A DNA stretch of 63,775 nt, the filler included, from Vannella sp. (taxonomy: Eukaryota): the NCBI GenBank assembly GCA_023345925.1. It is 6 parts of 6 records of this genome, joined end to end, with 100 filler letters (N's around TTAATTAATTAA, not from the genome) between each part and the next. Parts side by side here need not be neighbours in the genome. Positions count along the whole stretch, not along the records: positions 55,172 to 63,775 come from JAJQQN010001180.1; 5 more parts are not named here. The stretch is one strand, 5' to 3'. Positions 61,354 to 63,775 of the stretch are shown in pieces. Under the pieces are notes generated by a model. That model saw nothing but the letters and a program-made list of their open reading frames with translations. It made no database searches and was not told where the DNA came from. The position numbers and the translations under genes were made by a program. Each line of letters begins with the position of its first letter. Positions within the stretch are counted from its first letter, which is position 1.

Positions 61354-63651
61354 TTAGCGGAAGTCAAAGTCTCGCAACTCCATGAGGACCATGTTGGCAC
61401 GAGAGAGGACCTCGAGCATGTCCTTGCAGCGGTTGCGGCGTTGGGCAATCTCCGGATTCTCTTCGAGCAACTCTTCAAAGAGCTCTTCCTTGTAAAGATG
61501 CTCCACAAGCTGGTTCTGCATGTTAGTCTTGGACGTGTTGACGAGGAAGTGCATAATAGTCTTTGGCACTGTGTCACTCAGGTTCTTGCAGACAATGTCA
61601 AAGTACGAGCCAATCAGCTGCTTGATGAGCTGCGTTTCGAACTGCTCCTTGTTGTTCATTGGCCCAGAGGCTCGGATGGCGGTGGGCATGTGCAGGGCAA
61701 TGGGACCACCGGGGATGGCCTGGTAAGGGTTCTTCTCTCCAGGCTTGGGTCCTCGCTTCTCGGGAGGGCCAGTTGGCTGCAGAGGGGATCTTGTGGGCTG
61801 AGCAGGGGCTTGCTGTTGGAATGGCTGAGGTTGAAGTTGACCCTGAGGGGGTCCTTGGGGGGGTCCTTGGGGTCCGCCCTGCTGCTTTTGTGGAGGCATA
61901 CCTTGTTGCTGTTGACCAGCGCCAGGAGGACCACCTCCTGGTCCACCAAAGTAACGGCCAAAGAAGCCACCCTCTTGGCCTCCTCCTCCCTGTTGCGGTG
62001 GGCCTCCTTGAGGGCGAGGTGCCTGCGCATGGGGTTGAGGCTGGGGAGATGGCCTAGCGGGAGCTGGACCGCCAGTGGAGATCTGGGGCTGATTGGCAAG
62101 CGCCTGCTGCTGCTCTTGAACGCGATGATCCGCTGCCATCGACTCAAACAGCTTGTTCACAGCACCGCCACCTCCAATGAAGTCTTCATGGTTCGTGTTC
62201 ATGTACGCCAACTCGATGTTGATCAGATTGGAGATCATCAAGCGGGTGGGAGCCTTGCAATCCAAGAGAAGCTGATTCACAACGTCAGAAAGAGTCACCT
62301 TGAGGTTCTTGAAGCGCTGCAGCTCTTTGGAGTCTGTCAACTGAGCCACGATCCTCTGGAGCTCTGTAAAGACCTGCTCCACAGCCTCCTGGCTGGGTCC
62401 CTCCAACCTCTTGACAAGGTTCTTCACAAGGAACTCAAAGGACCCTTCAGGGACGAAGAGGGCACTACGAGGGCCTGTGGAGTTCTTGATTGCCGTGCGG
62501 ATGTCCTGGTCGTTGATAGAGTCGCTCTGTCGTACTCCTTCAATGTACCTGGTGTACACCTCCGTGAAGATGTAGTTGATACGGGCTCCTCCGTAGAGCT
62601 CGTTCACAGACAGCTGCTCACTCTTACCCTCAATGGAGTTGCCGTAGTCCTTGGAGAACTGGTTGATGATGTTCAAGAGCATTCCTGACTTGTTCTGGAA
62701 CATGGTGTCTCCGTAGCTGGACATCTCGTTCTGGCAGTCTTGCATCATCTTGGAGATGCGGGCTTTCAGCTCGGGGAGGCTGTTCCGGATGTGTCGCATG
62801 AGCAGTTGGTTGAGGGTCTTGGTGAGATAACGGGTGCCCAGGCGAGAGGAGATCGAACGGTACTTGTCGTGAGTAGCAAAGAACCTTTCCTCATCTAGCA
62901 GAGCCTTGCTGATGGCCTTCCCGTCCTTAATGTCCTGTTGAGAGCGCATCACCACTCCAACGAAGCCTAACTCCAAAGGGATCACTTGTCCAGTGAGTAC
63001 ATCCATAGCGTCTGTTCCCCTGTCCATGATATCGATCTTGGTAACGACACCAAGGGTACGGTGGCCTTGGGGGTCGATATCCTTGGCAAGTTGGATTCCG
63101 TCCGAGGTGGCGATGTCCGTGTTACCTGCAGAAACGCAAAGGATGATGGCGTTCGGGTTGCTAGCGAACTTCACAGCCATGTTACGGATCTGGTCGGGGA
63201 GATCCCTGGGTTGGCCAGGGATGGTGACCTTGGTGAGGCCAGGAAGATCGACTAGAGTAAGATTGAGGACGTCTGGGGAGAAGACAGACAATCGAATGGG
63301 TGTATCAGAGATACCACGTGGTCCACAATGACGTGCAGTCTCTGCCTCGATCTCTGCGCGAATCTGTTCAAAGTCGGAGTATTGCTTCTTCGGTTGATGG
63401 AGGAACTCGCCCCATTCTGTGGGACCAGACTTGGGGACAGGGATGTTGTGAAGTTGGAGGATAAGAGGACGGCGTGTGACGATGCCTGAGCCACGAGGAA
63501 GAAAATCCTTGCCGACGATGTGCTCCAGGACGCTGCTCTTTCCACTTGACTGGCTACCAATCACACAGATCTGAGGGAGGTCTATTTGCTCTCCTCCAAT
63601 CGAGTTGAACACATCCTGAAGCTTGTTGATGACAGGGAGCAGCTGGTCCAT
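61354..63651 (-). CDS. Dynamin-related protein (Dnm1/DymA-like) with a P/Q/G-rich insert, intronless
   Basis: LPQICVIGSQSSGKSS, PRGSGIVTRRP, DLPGLTK, TKID, ELYGGARI, GED DTVPKTIMHFLVN. Confidence 0.96.
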   Translation of the reverse strand: MDQLLPVINKLQDVFNSIGGEQIDLPQICVIGSQSSGKSSVLEHIVGKDFLPRGSGIVTRRPLILQLHNIPVPKSGPTEWGEFLHQPKKQYSDFEQIRAEIEAETARHCGPRGISDTPIRLSVFSPDVLNLTLVDLPGLTKVTIPGQPRDLPDQIRNMAVKFASNPNAIILCVSAGNTDIATSDGIQLAKDIDPQGHRTLGVVTKIDIMDRGTDAMDVLTGQVIPLELGFVGVVMRSQQDIKDGKAISKALLDEERFFATHDKYRSISSRLGTRYLTKTLNQLLMRHIRNSLPELKARISKMMQDCQNEMSSYGDTMFQNKSGMLLNIINQFSKDYGNSIEGKSEQLSVNELYGGARINYIFTEVYTRYIEGVRQSDSINDQDIRTAIKNSTGPRSALFVPEGSFEFLVKNLVKRLEGPSQEAVEQVFTELQRIVAQLTDSKELQRFKNLKVTLSDVVNQLLLDCKAPTRLMISNLINIELAYMNTNHEDFIGGGGAVNKLFESMAADHRVQEQQQALANQPQISTGGPAPARPSPQPQPHAQAPRPQGGPPQQGGGGQEGGFFGRYFGGPGGGPPGAGQQQQGMPPQKQQGGPQGPPQGPPQGQLQPQPFQQQAPAQPTRSPLQPTGPPEKRGPKPGEKNPYQAIPGGPIALHMPTAIRASGPMNNKEQFETQLIKQLIGSYFDIVCKNLSDTVPKTIMHFLVNTSKTNMQNQLVEHLYKEELFEELLEENPEIAQRRNRCKDMLEVLSRANMVLMELRDFDFR

Positions 63652-63775
63652 CCTCCCAAGAAGCACCCAAAAAGTAACCACATTCGACACATCACAGAAT
63701 GTAATAAGAAAAGATTTCTGAGAGAATAATGAGGGGAAGTGCACTTCGCTTCACCAGAAAGCCGCGCTCTAAACC

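Noticed and set aside
61321..62688. 455-aa ORF antisense to dynamin, and similar antisense ORFs over GOT2 and the Ser-rich stalk
   Set aside because: Shadow ORFs produced by codon bias on the coding strand; no motifs

Overview
Gene-dense eukaryotic DNA, not prokaryotic. It consists of six separate contigs (1-14721, 14822-25406, 25507-33361, 33462-38009, 38110-55071, 55172-63775) joined by artificial 100-nt N/TTAATTAATTAA/N spacers. Genes carry short (~45-70 nt) GT-AG introns with CTRAY/CTCAY-like branch sites and very small intergenic gaps. The gene content suggests a protist, plausibly an amoebozoan (inference). Most loci are housekeeping: PP2C, eL24, Sua5, MTFP1, CACUL1-like, PTEN-like, G-beta, EFR3, eIF2B delta and beta, RACK1, katanin p80, snurportin, RapGAP, Bdp1, DDX55, GOT2, dynamin and tRNA-Asn. 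The standout is an apparently ORF-poor stretch (56905-58649) that reads as a small ankyrin-repeat gene ending in a CaaX-like motif. Its inter-repeat loops are encoded by two tandem arrays of single-codon (3-nt) microexons, 13 and 4 of them, each flanked by AG/GT splice sites. This is a candidate splice-based system for diversifying a binding surface one residue at a time. A second modular gene is a surface LRR-GPS receptor built from 16 consecutive symmetric 69-nt one-LRR exons. All gene models and family calls were read by eye and have no transcript or database support.
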